Below, piece after piece: positions 38,001 through 50,486 of a stretch of 64,000 nucleotides of DNA. Position numbers and translations under genes: made by a program. The DNA lies in NCBI GenBank assembly GCA_051362555.1, contig CM120643.1, positions 3,720,001 to 3,784,000 on the forward strand, written 5' to 3'. The notes under the pieces are model-generated. The model worked only from the letters and a program-made list of their open reading frames with translations, did not search any database and had not been told where the DNA came from. This DNA is from Lingula anatina. Taxonomy: Eukaryota; Animalia; Brachiopoda. Within the stretch, counting starts at the first letter, position 1. Each line of letters starts with the position of its first letter.

Positions 38001-39549
38001 AGGTAATTTGCAACCTCCTACACAAACAACCTCAAATCATCACATTTGCTATTTTATTTTATAATCACATTGCAAAATTATTAACATTTAACTATTTTAA
38101 GGCATGGAATTTGCCAAATTTTTCAGTGTAATTTTCAGTTTTTTTCAAGGATATTGTCGAAAGAAGATACTTTTCATTAGACACAGTCATTTGATCAGCT
38201 TATCACAGGTTTTTATTGTTGTTAAGCATCATTTGTACAAATTTCAGAAACACTGGACTAGATTTGACAAAATTATTAACATTTAACTATTTGAAGTCCT
38301 TGGATTTGCCAGTCTTAAATTAATTGACCCAAAAAACACTTTTCTTTAGATACAGTCAACAGATCATGTAATCACAGATTTTTATTGTTGTTAAGCATCA
38401 TTTGTACAAATTTCAGAAATATTAGAGAAGATTTGACAAAATTATTAACGTTTAACTATTTTAAGTCTTTGGATTTGCTAGTTTTTCCAATGTAATTTTC
38501 AGTTTTTTCAGTTATATTGTTCTTTTTTTAGAGTTCCCTTACCATGAAAATGCAGGCAGTGAAAGACAGCACCAAGAGCAGCACTTTGTCTTATCCATGT
38601 GTTGAGAGGAAATATGTCTCACACAAAGCAGAATAGATGTTGGTAGTTATGATGGAACTTTATTATGAAGTGTTATATTAAACCCATATAATATATTTGT
38701 TCTTTTATGGGTGAAGCTTTCCAACTATGATGAAGAATTGGAATTCCTGTTTACTAAATAATTCCAGATAAAATGTTACGCTATTAAAGAGTCAGTCCTC
38801 CTGTTTGAATATAGTGTTTGTGCTGATGTTCTGTTTGCAGAAACTTTAGCCCACATGCTTGCACATAAAATATTCCTCAAAGAACTCTCATACCAATATT
38901 TGGTTTATTTGTTGCTAATTTAACAATAAGAAATCAGTTAACAGATTTTTAAAATCTTGATTAATCTGTAGGCTTTACAGATTGCAAGACGTAACCATGA
39001 GACTGTATTATTACATAGTAGTTAGCACATATATTAACTGGATTAAGGGACTGAATTAAAAGAAGTGCTAAGGCAAATACAACCAACAAAAAAGTTCCAT
39101 GACAAGTATAATCTGACCCGTAATAATGATATTTTTGTTGTATTTAAAAATGTGAGGGAGATGATACAGCTTAGTTAATGTAACAGCGGAGTTGAAATTA
39201 AGAATCCAGATGAAAATCCAAAATAGCATTTTGCAGTTTATTTTTTAAAATACATTATCCTTGGTGTACTCAACATTCCAAGAACTGTTGTCTTGGTTCA
39301 GAAAAGGGTAGAAGATAAATTTTAATTTTACAATATACAAGACATAATAATGCTTTTTCCTTCTGGCTTTAAACTGTATGTCATGTGACATTTGTATAGA
39401 CGTCTTCAGATAGAAATTTTATTAATGTTGTACAAATATAAAAGCTTTAAGAAGGCTGGAAGAAAATTTGTCCCACACCATTGCAACATTCACTTAAATA
39501 TGATTTTTATTTTCAGCCATGTCCGTACATTGCTGTCACCTATGCTACT

Positions 39550-41372
39550 TTCAATTCTACTTTCAATTAGCACACAGGCTCATCCAGCATATTAACAATG
39601 AAAACAAATTAAGTGAAGAACAAGCAGGTTTCAGGCCAGGTTATAGAACAACAGATCATATCTTTACTTTGAAATCACTAGTCAACAGATATCTAAACCA
39701 AAACAAAAAGCTATATGCCTGTTTCATTGACATGAGAAAAGCCTTTGATTCAGTATGGCACAAGGGACTATTACTGAAATTGCTTAAACTAGGCATTAGG
39801 GGGAAATTCTACCGTGTCATAAAAAGCATGTATAGTAACACCAGATTAGGCATCTCGGTCGGTTTAGGTTACACTACCCCATTTCTATCAAGATTAGGAA
39901 TCCGCCAAGGGGATAACCTTAGTCCCACTCTCTTTAATTTATACATGGATGACATCAAGGAGGCTTTCATTTCTTGTAACCAGCCCGGTGCAATTAACGG
40001 ACTGAATCACATCTTGTATGCTGACGACCTTGTCCTTATATCGGCATCTAAAGATGGTCTTCAAAATAAACTAACGGCACTGCAAGCTTACTGTAAAAAG
40101 TGGAAACTAAACATAAATGAAAAAAAGTCCAAGATCATGATATTTAATAAAATAGGAAAACTAGACTCTGCAACAACATTTACAATAAATAATATAGCCA
40201 TTGAATCAGTAAAAGAGTACAATTATCTGGGTTTAACTTTTACAAATACAGGTTCAATGAAAAAAGCAATTGAAAATTTAAAGAAAAAGGCTCTAAAAGC
40301 AACTTTTGCTCTTAAAGCAGCCCTGTCCTCAAACAAGATAACGTCTCCCACACTCAACTTAAAACTTTTTGACAAAATCATCAAGCCCATCTTACTATAT
40401 GGGTGTGAAGTTTGGTCTGAAGAAATATTCAAGGAAAAACAAATGTCACTTACAAAACTAAATAAATTTCCTTTTGAACAACTACATCTAAAAATGTGCA
40501 AATGGGCACTAGGTGTACGAAAAAATGCTATGAACAATGCCTGTAGAGCTGAATTTGGAAGATTTCCACTCTATTCTGATATTGCAAAACGGACAAAGAG
40601 ATACAGCGCCAGACTAAAAGAGCTACCTTCCAACAGATTGGTCAAAAACATTTATGAACAGGAGCAAAAAGAAAAAGGACCCTGTTGGTCTGAATCAATA
40701 AGAACATTTATACAGTGCTGGGGTCTGGGCCATAAAATTGATACAGAAACACTAGATAACTTTGAAAACCTAAGAGATGCTATCAACAATAAAATTAAGG
40801 AACTATTTTGGAAAGACTTGCAAAGTGAAAACTACAGTAAACTCAGGACATACAGATTACTTAAAAAAACTTACACCCCTGAAAAATACCTGTCAATGAA
40901 AGTCACACCATCAGAAATGAAGACTATTGCAAAAATGCGGATTAGTGACCACGAATTAGAAATTGAACGTGGCCGCTATACGTCCCCTAAAACCCCTACT
41001 GAAAATCGCAAGTGCCCCCACTGTAATGAAATTGAAACGGAGATCCACTTTTTACTGAAATGTGAAGAACATAGTGACAGAAGAATTAGATTGATGATAC
41101 CCCCTGAGCAGAAGACAGATCATGAAAAAATTCAGTGGCTGCTCAGTCCAAAAAGTGAATCGTGTTTGAGAACATTATATCTTTATATAACTGAAAGTTT
41201 GAAAAAACGACACACCCACCAATAGCAATAGTCGTTTTATTCTGTGCTGCATCCCAGTAAACATTCAATAAGTATTTGTATAGACATGTATAATTGTTGC
41301 TAAGTTGTTATGACTAGTGTAGAGAGCCTGTAAAATGTAATATATATGCATTTTAGTGCTCAATAAAGATTA
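39550..41372 (+). mobile_element. Second 5'-truncated RTE-X-like LINE (related family): RT and C-terminus only
   Basis: ORF 39519-41225 is collinear with ORF2 above from LAHRL onward (QGDNLSP, YADD, CPHC...HFLLKC); same 3' terminal motif AGAGAGCCTG...AGTGCTCAATAAA. Confidence 0.92.
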
Positions 41373-41412
41373 AAAATTCTTTGGCATGTTAACCGTCTCA
41401 TTATTGAAATAA

Positions 41413-41697
41413 TTACCTCCGCCAAGGAGGTTATGTTTTCACCCCTGATTTTTCTGTCATCCACATAATTAAAAAAGCTGTAGACCGATTTTGATGAAAT
41501 TTTCAGGAAATGTCAGAAGTGGGCCAAAGAACAGATGAATAGTTTTTGGTGGTGATCCGGATCAATAATCAATCAATAATCAAAAATAATAAAAAAATCT
41601 TAATTATTATAGAATGAAAATTTAGGGGTGAAATGGCATTGGGTGGAGACTTTGCTGACTTGGCAGAGGTCTGCGCTCTCCGAGTGCTTTTTTAGTT
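41413..41697 (+). mobile_element. Non-autonomous Helentron (DINE-1/HINE-like), complete
   Basis: 5' subTIR ACCTCCGCCAAG, 3' subTIR CTTGGCAGAGGT, then hairpin GCGCTC-tcc-GAGTGC and T-rich TAGTT end; TT target; the related sequence at ~57730 lacks it. Confidence 0.8.
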
Positions 41698-43944
41698 GCA
41701 TATGTAAACAAGTTCTTTTTCTGCATCTTAACAATTTTGTTAGTTGTTTATATTAAAATGATGGTAAATCTGTTAGCGTGTATTGTGAAATAAAGAATAA
41801 GAAATGGAAATAAAATTATATCAGTGTAGTTTGTCAGATTCGTTCCTTTACTGTTTTCAGATCAAGGAAATTAGATATTTAAAATTGTTCTATTGATGTA
41901 TTTTTTATTTTTTTGAATAGAGGTCTGTCCATACTGTAATGCCATACTTGAAATTTTGTTAATTCTTTTGGAGGTGGTGCATTGTTCTTTATGCATGAAA
42001 ATATATTGATTTTCATTTTTAGATACTAGTGAAAGTCTTTTTGTTTTTGGTACATGCATGCCAATAGTATGTATGTTCTTCATTATTTCACTGTAATAAA
42101 GGATATTTTGGGGGAAAATATGTATGTTCAATTGTTTTTTTCTCTTTTTCTCCCTTTAATCTTTTCCCTTTCCCTTTAATTTTTATAAGAAAAACAAATA
42201 ATTTTTATGAAAAAATGGAATAATATCAATAAGTAGATTTTCCAATTAAAAATATACAAAGGTTAGACAAAATTCTAATTTCAAGAGGGGAATAGTGGTG
42301 CGATATATTTTTCAGAAACCTCTTTATCGGCCACTGCGTTACCGATATGCACGTTACCATATTGCGTGTAGATTGTTGTTGTTGTTATTTACGTTGTGAG
42401 TTGTCTGTCGGCGCAACACTCAATAACTCCCTTTCCTTTTAACTTGTTTGATTCCGTTATAATCTTTATCTGCAGTTAGTGAAAGTGTAAGTCATTTACT
42501 TTACAACATCAATTGGCTACAAGTTGCCTTAAAATTTTGCATTTGATCCTCAATGAAGAGGAACTGTAGTGGCCAACAAGGCTTTTAACTCTGAATTTTT
42601 TTACCTCTGAATAATTTGACTGTTACAGTGTATGCGCATTATTTTTTTCGCTCGGCTTTCTCCTTTATATTCGCTTAAAAAGAGAGAGAGAGAGAGAGGG
42701 TATTCTAATTAAATTCATCCTTGTCGAACACAAACAGAAATGCTGTCAAAATGTTAATGCTTTGTCGATATCCATTTTCAATCACAGTTTTTTTACCTAT
42801 ATCAAATAATTATGACGAAATGTCGCGTGTGATTTTCGCCCAAAAGCCGTGACGTCTGCAGCGCATCTCTGAGGCACGTTTACTAATTATTTTTCACTCG
42901 TGGAATGATTGTGTTAGTGCAGAAAATTTCTTTCTCACCAGATGACAACTGAAAACTTTGATAATATTTTTTGAACCACCATTAAGATCATCAAGGCCAT
43001 CAAGATCACCATTACAAATCTCTGAACATCACTTCCGGCCAGTCTTATATTACTTCAAGGAACCTAATTTGCATATAAGAAAAAAATGCATTTTTTTCTG
43101 ATTTAGGCTTGTCTCCAATTTTTTCATTATTTTCAAATAGCAATGTCATCTTTTGCTCACAAATCTGGACACCTTTATTCCAAATGCACTGTTTGTAAAT
43201 TATGTAATTAGAAATAATTTTTATATCACAGACGTGTATCACGATTTCACTCCATAAAACTTGACACTAGCTGCATGGGTATAAAAGTAGGTCAATTGCC
43301 TGTATAAAATTGCCATACGATTATTGATTTTTTAGTGTGGACCGTTTTAGGGGGGAGACACAGATGGGAGATGTTTCAAGATACCAGCAAAATATTTTCG
43401 TTGCATGCGGGTACTGAAAGTCAGAGTATATTGCTAACTTTGAAAGAAAAGAGTAAAACTAGCCCACATCTCCAGCTTCACCATGTAGAACTTTATAGAT
43501 GCCACGGTCCCTCTTTATTTCATCTGACTCTCCCTAAAATTTTTTTGGACCGCATTAACTGTTCAGCTCCCGGGAACCGCGAAGCATCCAGCGTGGTGGC
43601 AGACGCTGAGCTCTGCAGACGGCACATTGCATTCACAAGAGGGGGTAAAGGTTTTCTAGGGAAATGCTGTATTTTATTACATCTGACGAATTACGTGATA
43701 AAGGAAAGATGTTTTTTACATATTTGAATTTATATTGACTAAGTGCATTGACAGACAACGATTCACTGTATTTCTTCTCAAAATTGACAGGTTAAAAAAA
43801 AAGAGCAAAAGGAGATTACCTATCTCCCCTATGAATCCTTACATGGCATATCCTATCCGTGAACTTTTGATCTACTTTAGTTTTCACACTCCTACACACA
43901 CTGAGTTTGTATGGTATCAATAGAAATGGGGCGTATTGGTGGGA

Positions 43945-43981
<37 letters not shown>

Positions 43982-44539
43982 AGAATTCTAATGTGACTTT
44001 TCATGTTCAAGAAGATATGGTATTTCTATTTTGATAATGCTACATCTACAGCATATTTGGGTTCATGCACAGTATTACACACAGCTAGATTATCGACCGA
44101 AGTCTGTTGTTTTATACATGTTTTTTATATACAATAAACATTTTATTTTAAAAGATATTGAATTGAAAGCGTTGGCAACGGGGAAGAGCAGTTTTGTATC
44201 CAAACCCACAGTTGTAGATGATGCTGGTCTGCACATTCCGCGCTTTATTGTAATTTTGATCTGATTCGTTTATTTTATGATGATTTACTTAGGACAAACA
44301 GTGAACCGATGTACAACTTCAATGATTGGATTTGGTTCTCCCCCTCTTCGACGATGAGCCTGTATTTTTAGGGGAGGGTGTACATGTCGTTTTCACATAG
44401 TCCTGCCATACATTGACAAGGTACCGACATTATTTTAAAAATTAATTGTAGCTTAACTCGTAAGTCAAGGGTGTATATTCTATTTTCATTTCCATTTGCT
44501 TGAAGCTGTATTTGTCGTTCAGATTCCATTTTTTATTTA

Positions 44540-44756
44540 AAATTGATTATTGATTATTGATTAATGATTATTGATTATTGATTGATTATTGATCCGGAGC
44601 ACCACCAAAAATTAAACACTTCTAAGTTAACCCATTTCTGACCTACCCTGAACATTTCATCAAAATCGGTCGATAACTTTTTGAGTTATGTTGATGACAG
44701 ACAAACAGACAAACGGACAAACAGAGGTGAAAACATAACCTCCTTGGCGGAGGTAA
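44540..44756 (-). mobile_element. 5' part of a second copy of the same HINE family, inverted
   Basis: GGTGAAAACATAACCTCCTTGGCGGAGGTAA is the reverse complement of the start at 41413; (TGATTAT)n microsatellite. Confidence 0.8.
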
Positions 44757-45148
44757 TTAAAAGTGAAAAAGATAGAAAAAAAAGCTGTCTTACGCCCTTA
44801 AAGCTCGCATCAAGAACCACCGCAGCACAAACAGTCAGCATTTTAAAAGGACACATACGCGACACAAGACAAAGACGGATTGTCGAAAAGAAGCCCATAA
44901 AAATATTAGACACTTTAAAGAAGGACTTTATAGAGACAATGAATATCTCAACGAATATTATTCTTGTTTTATTATTACGTAAACTTCATCACGCATTTCT
45001 AACTTCGTGTCTCTTTTCCATGCATCATACGTCACACATCCTTGTAGTTTGCTTGTTTATTCTTGTTTTGGTACCTTAAGAAAGTTCACAAGCAAAAGCT
45101 CGGGCATTTTTTTTTATCTTTCAGAGTTAACCTTTATAGATGCGTTAT

Positions 45149-45149
<1 letters not shown>

Positions 45150-45214
<65 letters not shown>

Positions 45215-45232
45215 ATATATATATATATATAT
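45150..45232. repeat. (TA)n microsatellite
   Basis: About 40 TA dinucleotides with one interruption. Confidence 0.95.
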
Positions 45233-46793
45233 CTTTTTCCGTAAAGATACGGAAAATGCGGTGGAATGAAAATCTACAGTTTTATTTATCAGTCATAACA
45301 ATTAATTACCATAAAAGAGGTTTGTTATCTGATTCTGGTCCGAGGATCAACTGATTGTGAATAGAGTCTTTTCCACGAAATCGTGAGCATGCGCAGTTCG
45401 CGCCATTTTGTGCGGGACTGTTTCTCAGGGGGAAAGAGTAGAAGGGGCCTTCGGTACTTTTGTAGTATACCCCCCCCTCACCCTGTAACTTTCAGTAACT
45501 TTCACTTTTCAAACAGTTTTTTTACATTTTATTGTTTATCCATGTCAAAGCTGTTGAAATAAAATGCTTTTGTAATTACCTGTGGATTTTTTATTAGTGT
45601 TAATCACGTTTAATCCAGCCCAAACCTTCGTTACTGTCGCTCACAACACCATCTCACATTCGCCCATAAGATTATTTTCAATAAAGTTAAAAAAAAATAT
45701 TAGGAACTTGTTAGGAAGCAAGTATAATGTCTAACGTCTCAGAAAATATGTAGAATGTTTATCTTAAACAAGCAATAAATAACTTGCAGCTATTTTCGCG
45801 GTGCCGCCCGACTTTTAACTGAAAAATCCTCCGTCGCGTATTTTGCTGCAGATCATTAATTTTAGTTGTTTGATGCTTTTGAAATATTTTAGTCATTAAT
45901 CTTCATTTTAGTTAAAACAATGACGGAAGGCCCCATTGGGTATTTTCCTTATCCGTGAAAGCCACTTATCATTTCCTGAGATGCTCTCAGCGTTCTTATT
46001 TTAATAAACGTTATCCGTGAAGCACCCCATTCCCGGGAATCGTGAATTGCGGGTTTCTATGTATCCCTCGTCCCTAGTGAAACGAAGTCATTATAGTCGA
46101 TGATAGTTATTTTCAGCTCGCCAGACTAGCATTTTCAACGGGATACGAATAAAGTTTTTAATTAATTAATGTGATTTGTAATTTGATGATTTTATTTCCT
46201 GTGGCCGTGAATTGTGATCACTCCCCCCCCCCCTCCCCCTTCCCAGCGGGCCCTCATGATTAGCTGGACGATATGTTAATAGGGCACAGTCAAATGTTTT
46301 ACACGAAACACGACAAAACTACATTCTCTTAGAAAGCCATTTACAAAACCTTCGTTACCAGGCAATGAGAAAATATACTTGGAATTGAGGAAAAAATTCA
46401 GACGTTTTGAAAAAAAAATGAACGCGCATATATGTAGGCCTAATATAAAGCCTACTAGCGCAGTCTAGAAAAGTAAAATACAGGTACTAGTAGCTTTGCA
46501 GGATATTTAGGCAAAAATTGGCTTTAGAATATTTCCAAGTACGTTTATTATACTTTTAATGGTAATAACTCTAAATGTGAAGGTCCTTCAATGCTCCATT
46601 TGCTCAAATTGAGCGTTGTGTTAGTTGAGATCCATCAAAAGTTGAAGCCAAAAGAAAATAATAATAATAACAATTAAAAATTTTTAATTGCCTTTTTGTG
46701 AAAATGTATTCTCAATCAATAATCAATAATATCATTAAATGAAAGATCAAAAGATATAATAACTTGGACTCAGAGTAAAACAGCGGCGCTTTA

Positions 46794-48222
46794 TGTGACC
46801 GGATGTGCCGAGATGCGACCCAGTATTCACTGCGGGTTTTCTTTGACCTACTTAGTCGGGCTTAGGTGGAGCGGGAAAATTTTACACGTTATTAAATAAC
46901 GTTATACCAAGGACAAGATATATTTTTGAGTTACCATAAAAGTTTGATCTGAAACATTAGGACATTCCACGATTCTGGAATCTTTTTAAGTGCATGCAAA
47001 GACATTCTTGATGACAGAAAGGTGAGTACTTTGTTGCAGTGATCTGGTACCGGAAGTCTTGGGATTGAAAGCGACAGTTGGGCGGGGCTTTTGAGAGAGA
47101 GAGAGAGAGAGAGAGAGAGGAAGGAGCTTCAGAGACAACAGGTAGAGGATAGATAAAGGGATCCGGTGATCCTGGTGTTATAGGTGTTATACAGTAGATC
47201 TGGATTCCTGGAAACATCTTAGGTAAAACGTAAAAAGTTCTAGCAGAATTAAGGAGCAATAGGGTTTCTGTGTTGTCTTTTCCTAACTATAAAAGTTATT
47301 TGTGGGGATTTTTGTAGTGTTCACTTCGTCCTATCAAGTATCTTTATCTCTCTATTAAGTCATAGTCCTCCAACTGGAGTGTTGTTATGGCTTTGTATGT
47401 TAGGAATTCATACAATTTGAAGTATTCACTGTGTCTACTTACTGAATTGGTGAGTGATCACTGGCTATTGTTAGGCTCTTTGACAGAATATTTGGGATCG
47501 TCGATCTTGACATGTCCGATTCGGAGTGGGAGATCTGAGACAATGGATGTGTGACAGTTATGATGTCACAATGTAGACGATCTCCTGCAGGGGGCATGCT
47601 GTCTCCACCTGGCCTAACTCACTCACTTGTGATGGCCCATCTTGGCACATGATTGATCAGTTTTACTAGACCCCCCTCCCACTAGATGTAAACCGAAGTG
47701 CGAAACAGGGTTTTCAAAAATTTCCAAAACTTTGCAAGCTGTAGCGACCACATGAGCCCTTTATAATTTTTTGTATTGATCAGATGGGTTTACGAGGCAC
47801 ACGACTGGTTTTGAATTTTCAGACAAGACAGATCTCGGTATTAGTAGTCCCTCTTCTTTCTTTACCTTGGACGATGTATTTTTCTAACTTTTCATTGATC
47901 TCGCACGTTATCCTAAGTGCTGAAGTTAGGGGTACTACCACATTTCTTGACACACTAACCAAAGCTATCTTTATCTCTTGTGCACTCCATTTGTTGCATT
48001 GGTATGTCGCGCCCTTCTATTTGAATATAACCCAAATTGCAATGCTTGCTCGCATTAAACTGGGTGATTAGGTTGTGGCCTAACAAAAAATCGTCATGTA
48101 TCGGCGCTACTCGAACAGATTCTTTGATTTTGAAACGATCTAGTTTGATGGAAAATTGGCTCGCAAACACGAGTTTCGATTTGTGTATCCCCTGCCACAA
48201 GAGTAAGACTAATATTTCTTGA
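46794..48222 (-). mobile_element. Degenerate Gypsy-type LTR retrotransposon relic (putative LTR 46794-47670 plus protease fragment)
   Basis: VRVAPIHDDFLLGHNL...IEGRDIPM resembles the Gypsy aspartic-protease C-terminal half; PPT-like GGGAGGGGGG abuts 47670; putative LTR ends ...GTCACA. Confidence 0.55.
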
Positions 48223-50290
48223 CAGTGTTCTCCACAACTTGAAATTATAAGGTTGGGGAAGAGCAGTTATGGTGAGGGTCTCCGGAAGCGAGCGCCAAAG
48301 GCGCTCGCCATGCTAGGGGGGTCCGGGGGCATGCTCCCCCGTGAAAATTTTGAAAAATTGGTGCAAATACCTGCATTCTGGCAATTTTAGAAGTCTAAAA
48401 GGTCATTTTTATGGTAAGAGAATTCATCATTTCTTTAATGATAACTATGATCATTTTGTAGATGTTCCTGTGTCAAGTTTTACTTTATATAAACAATAGT
48501 CATGGCTCTGAATTAAACTTCACTTTTATTTTTGAATAAATCTCTGAAACATAAGGCATTTCACATTGTTTTTATGGCTTCATTGACATCAGGTTACATT
48601 GAAGTAAAGTTAATAAAATGCAGTGCACTCTTCTGAAACAATCTAGAATTTGTACTTGTGAGTTTAAAACTTATTTTATCTCTGGGATAAAATAAAATGT
48701 CTACAGGGCAATCATATACCATGATAGCCTTCTCCACGAGTAGTGTGTGGGATTTCTTTCTTCATTAAAAAGTACATGCACTTCAGTGCACCAATGAAAG
48801 CCTCTGTTTCCACAGACACCACATCCTGCATAGCAGCTGCTATCCCTCCATCTATCTTTGATTGTCTGTATTCCACCTCTAAACTGTGAGACACCTGATG
48901 CATGGTGGACTGTTCATGTCTCTTAATAGTGTCTTCTCTGTACGTCTGGCACCCAACTTTGGTCCAGATGTCAGTGCCTTTCTTGGACCTTTGACCATGG
49001 CTTGAACACCAGGCACAAAACATACCTGAAACAATGCATTTCTATGGTTAAACAATGGTATTTGATGTTTATGTAGCGTTACATAATAATTTAACGAAGC
49101 AACGATCTTCCGCCAAACAGATATACGATAGCATCGACGTTGCTGCCTTTGCCCTGCTCTAAATGACTGTGAATGAACTTTTATTGATATTTAAATTAAC
49201 AAATGGGTTCAAAGTCTCGTAAAGCTTCATACATTGTAAAAATAATCTAATCATTCCGGATTAAAAATGTATGAATACATCATCTCATTGGGATTGCTCA
49301 CGTTGAAGTGGATTGCGGGAAGGGCAGGTCTAATATTCAAGACTGTCAATCTACTTCCTTATACAAGCATAAAGGCAGGGTAAACGGAGCACGTGACAAA
49401 ATCAGCCTATCGCTATGCAAGACTACTTTTCACAAACGTCATTCATGAAGAGCACATGGTCGAAACTGGCTAAAACTGCCTACGTGATCGGAAAATGTAC
49501 AATGTATCTTTTCGATTAGCGGCCACGTTTTCTTGTAATACGAAATAAATACATATGTATTAAAGCAACATCCCTGACATTAAAGTGATTGGTTTGGTTT
49601 TATTTTCCAGTTGTATATAGATTCCAGTAAGTAATGAAGTAACAAACGCAAGATATGGTGAAATTTGTAAAATTTTATAAATTTAATGATGAATAATGTA
49701 GTCAACTTACCTTCATCAGGTTCATGTCGAAGCCATGTATACTTCTTCAACCACGGAGCGTAAAACTCCGTCCTATGTTTGGGTTTTTTAGGTGCTGGTT
49801 CGCTGGTCGTTTCGTCATTTACCTGTACGGATAGTCATGTGACAATAGATAATTGGTCTCCTAATCTTCCTGAGAAAAAAACAATAATCATATTTTGTTT
49901 ACCTTTAACCCTCAATTACCTTTCAGGGGCCTCGCAGGCCCGGACCCATGTATCTTTTGCTCTCTCTTCGTTCGCATGAGGTTTTGAGCCTGTTCCTTTC
50001 ATGTAATCCTCAAGCAACTTATACCCCATCAATGGATAAATAATTAGTTTTGAAATAATTTACAACATATGTAGAAATTAACTTTTCCAAAAGTTAGTCC
50101 CATTTCCTGGAAACCGGGCCTCTTAGGCCCGGTCGCTTGATAATTTTACTTCCACATGGGATAAATAAGTCCATGTTACCTCAAATAGCTTTGCTATAAA
50201 ATGTTTTATACAAGCAATATCATGTGTGCTATGACTATCAGTATGGTCAATGAAATCTGCCTGTGAAAGATTCAAGACCTGGAGAAATTA
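48223..50290 (-). mobile_element. Internally deleted hAT-type transposon with a ZNF862/C17orf113-like transposase N-terminus; right boundary uncertain
   Basis: CAGTGTTCTCC end at 48223; subterminal GGGGGTCCGGGGGCATGCTCCCCC; spliced TTF-type zinc-finger exons. Confidence 0.65.
48712..49822 (-). pseudogene. Truncated hAT transposase: exons 49711-49822 and 48712-49025 encoding a TTF-type zinc finger
   Basis: Spliced product ...PKKPKHRTEFYAPWLKKYTWLRHEPDEG|MFCAWC...IKRHEQSTMH...LKCMYFLMKKEIPHTT, then premature stop; canonical GT-AG sites. Confidence 0.75.
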
Positions 50291-50486
50291 TTATTTATGA
50301 GTAATCGGTCACCTTGGACACCTGATATGCAGATATCAGTTTAAATCTATCATTATTACATACCTGATAGACTGCGCTACCTTTGCGAAACTTTCCATTT
50401 TGAGAAAAAAAAAAAAAAACGTTTTTCTGCATTTTCCATACACAGTGTATACTCGTGCACCCAGGTGGAGGTAAAGGGAGCAAGGG

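Larger units (their letters stand above)
5165..38600. repeat. Compound tandem array: 27 cassettes (last one truncated) plus variable 193-bp satellite monomers, with higher-order repeat structure
   Basis: Near-identical short ORFs recur at spacings of about 783, 974-988, 1167-1173, 1360 and 1553 bp (781 + n x 193); 5455-bp higher-order period (16400/21855/27310). Confidence 0.97.

Noticed and set aside
5049-38286. Dozens of 60-91 aa ORFs (MLLSII..., MEFASV..., MQITPY...) as a tandem small-protein gene family
   Set aside because: They mostly start at TTG/GTG, overlap on both strands, lie partly in the satellite and recur only because the DNA repeats
41413-44756. One 3.3-kb TIR transposon bounded by TTACCTCCGCCAAGGAGG inverted repeats
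   Set aside because: The left copy is a complete HINE with its own 3' end at 41697, so these are two independent insertions in opposite orientation
45007-45354. IY-repeat ORFs
   Set aside because: Translation of the (TA)n microsatellite
45385-45412. NRF1-like (GCATGCGC) and YY1-like (CGCCATTTT) promoter motifs
   Set aside because: Short motifs in repeat-rich DNA with no associated gene found
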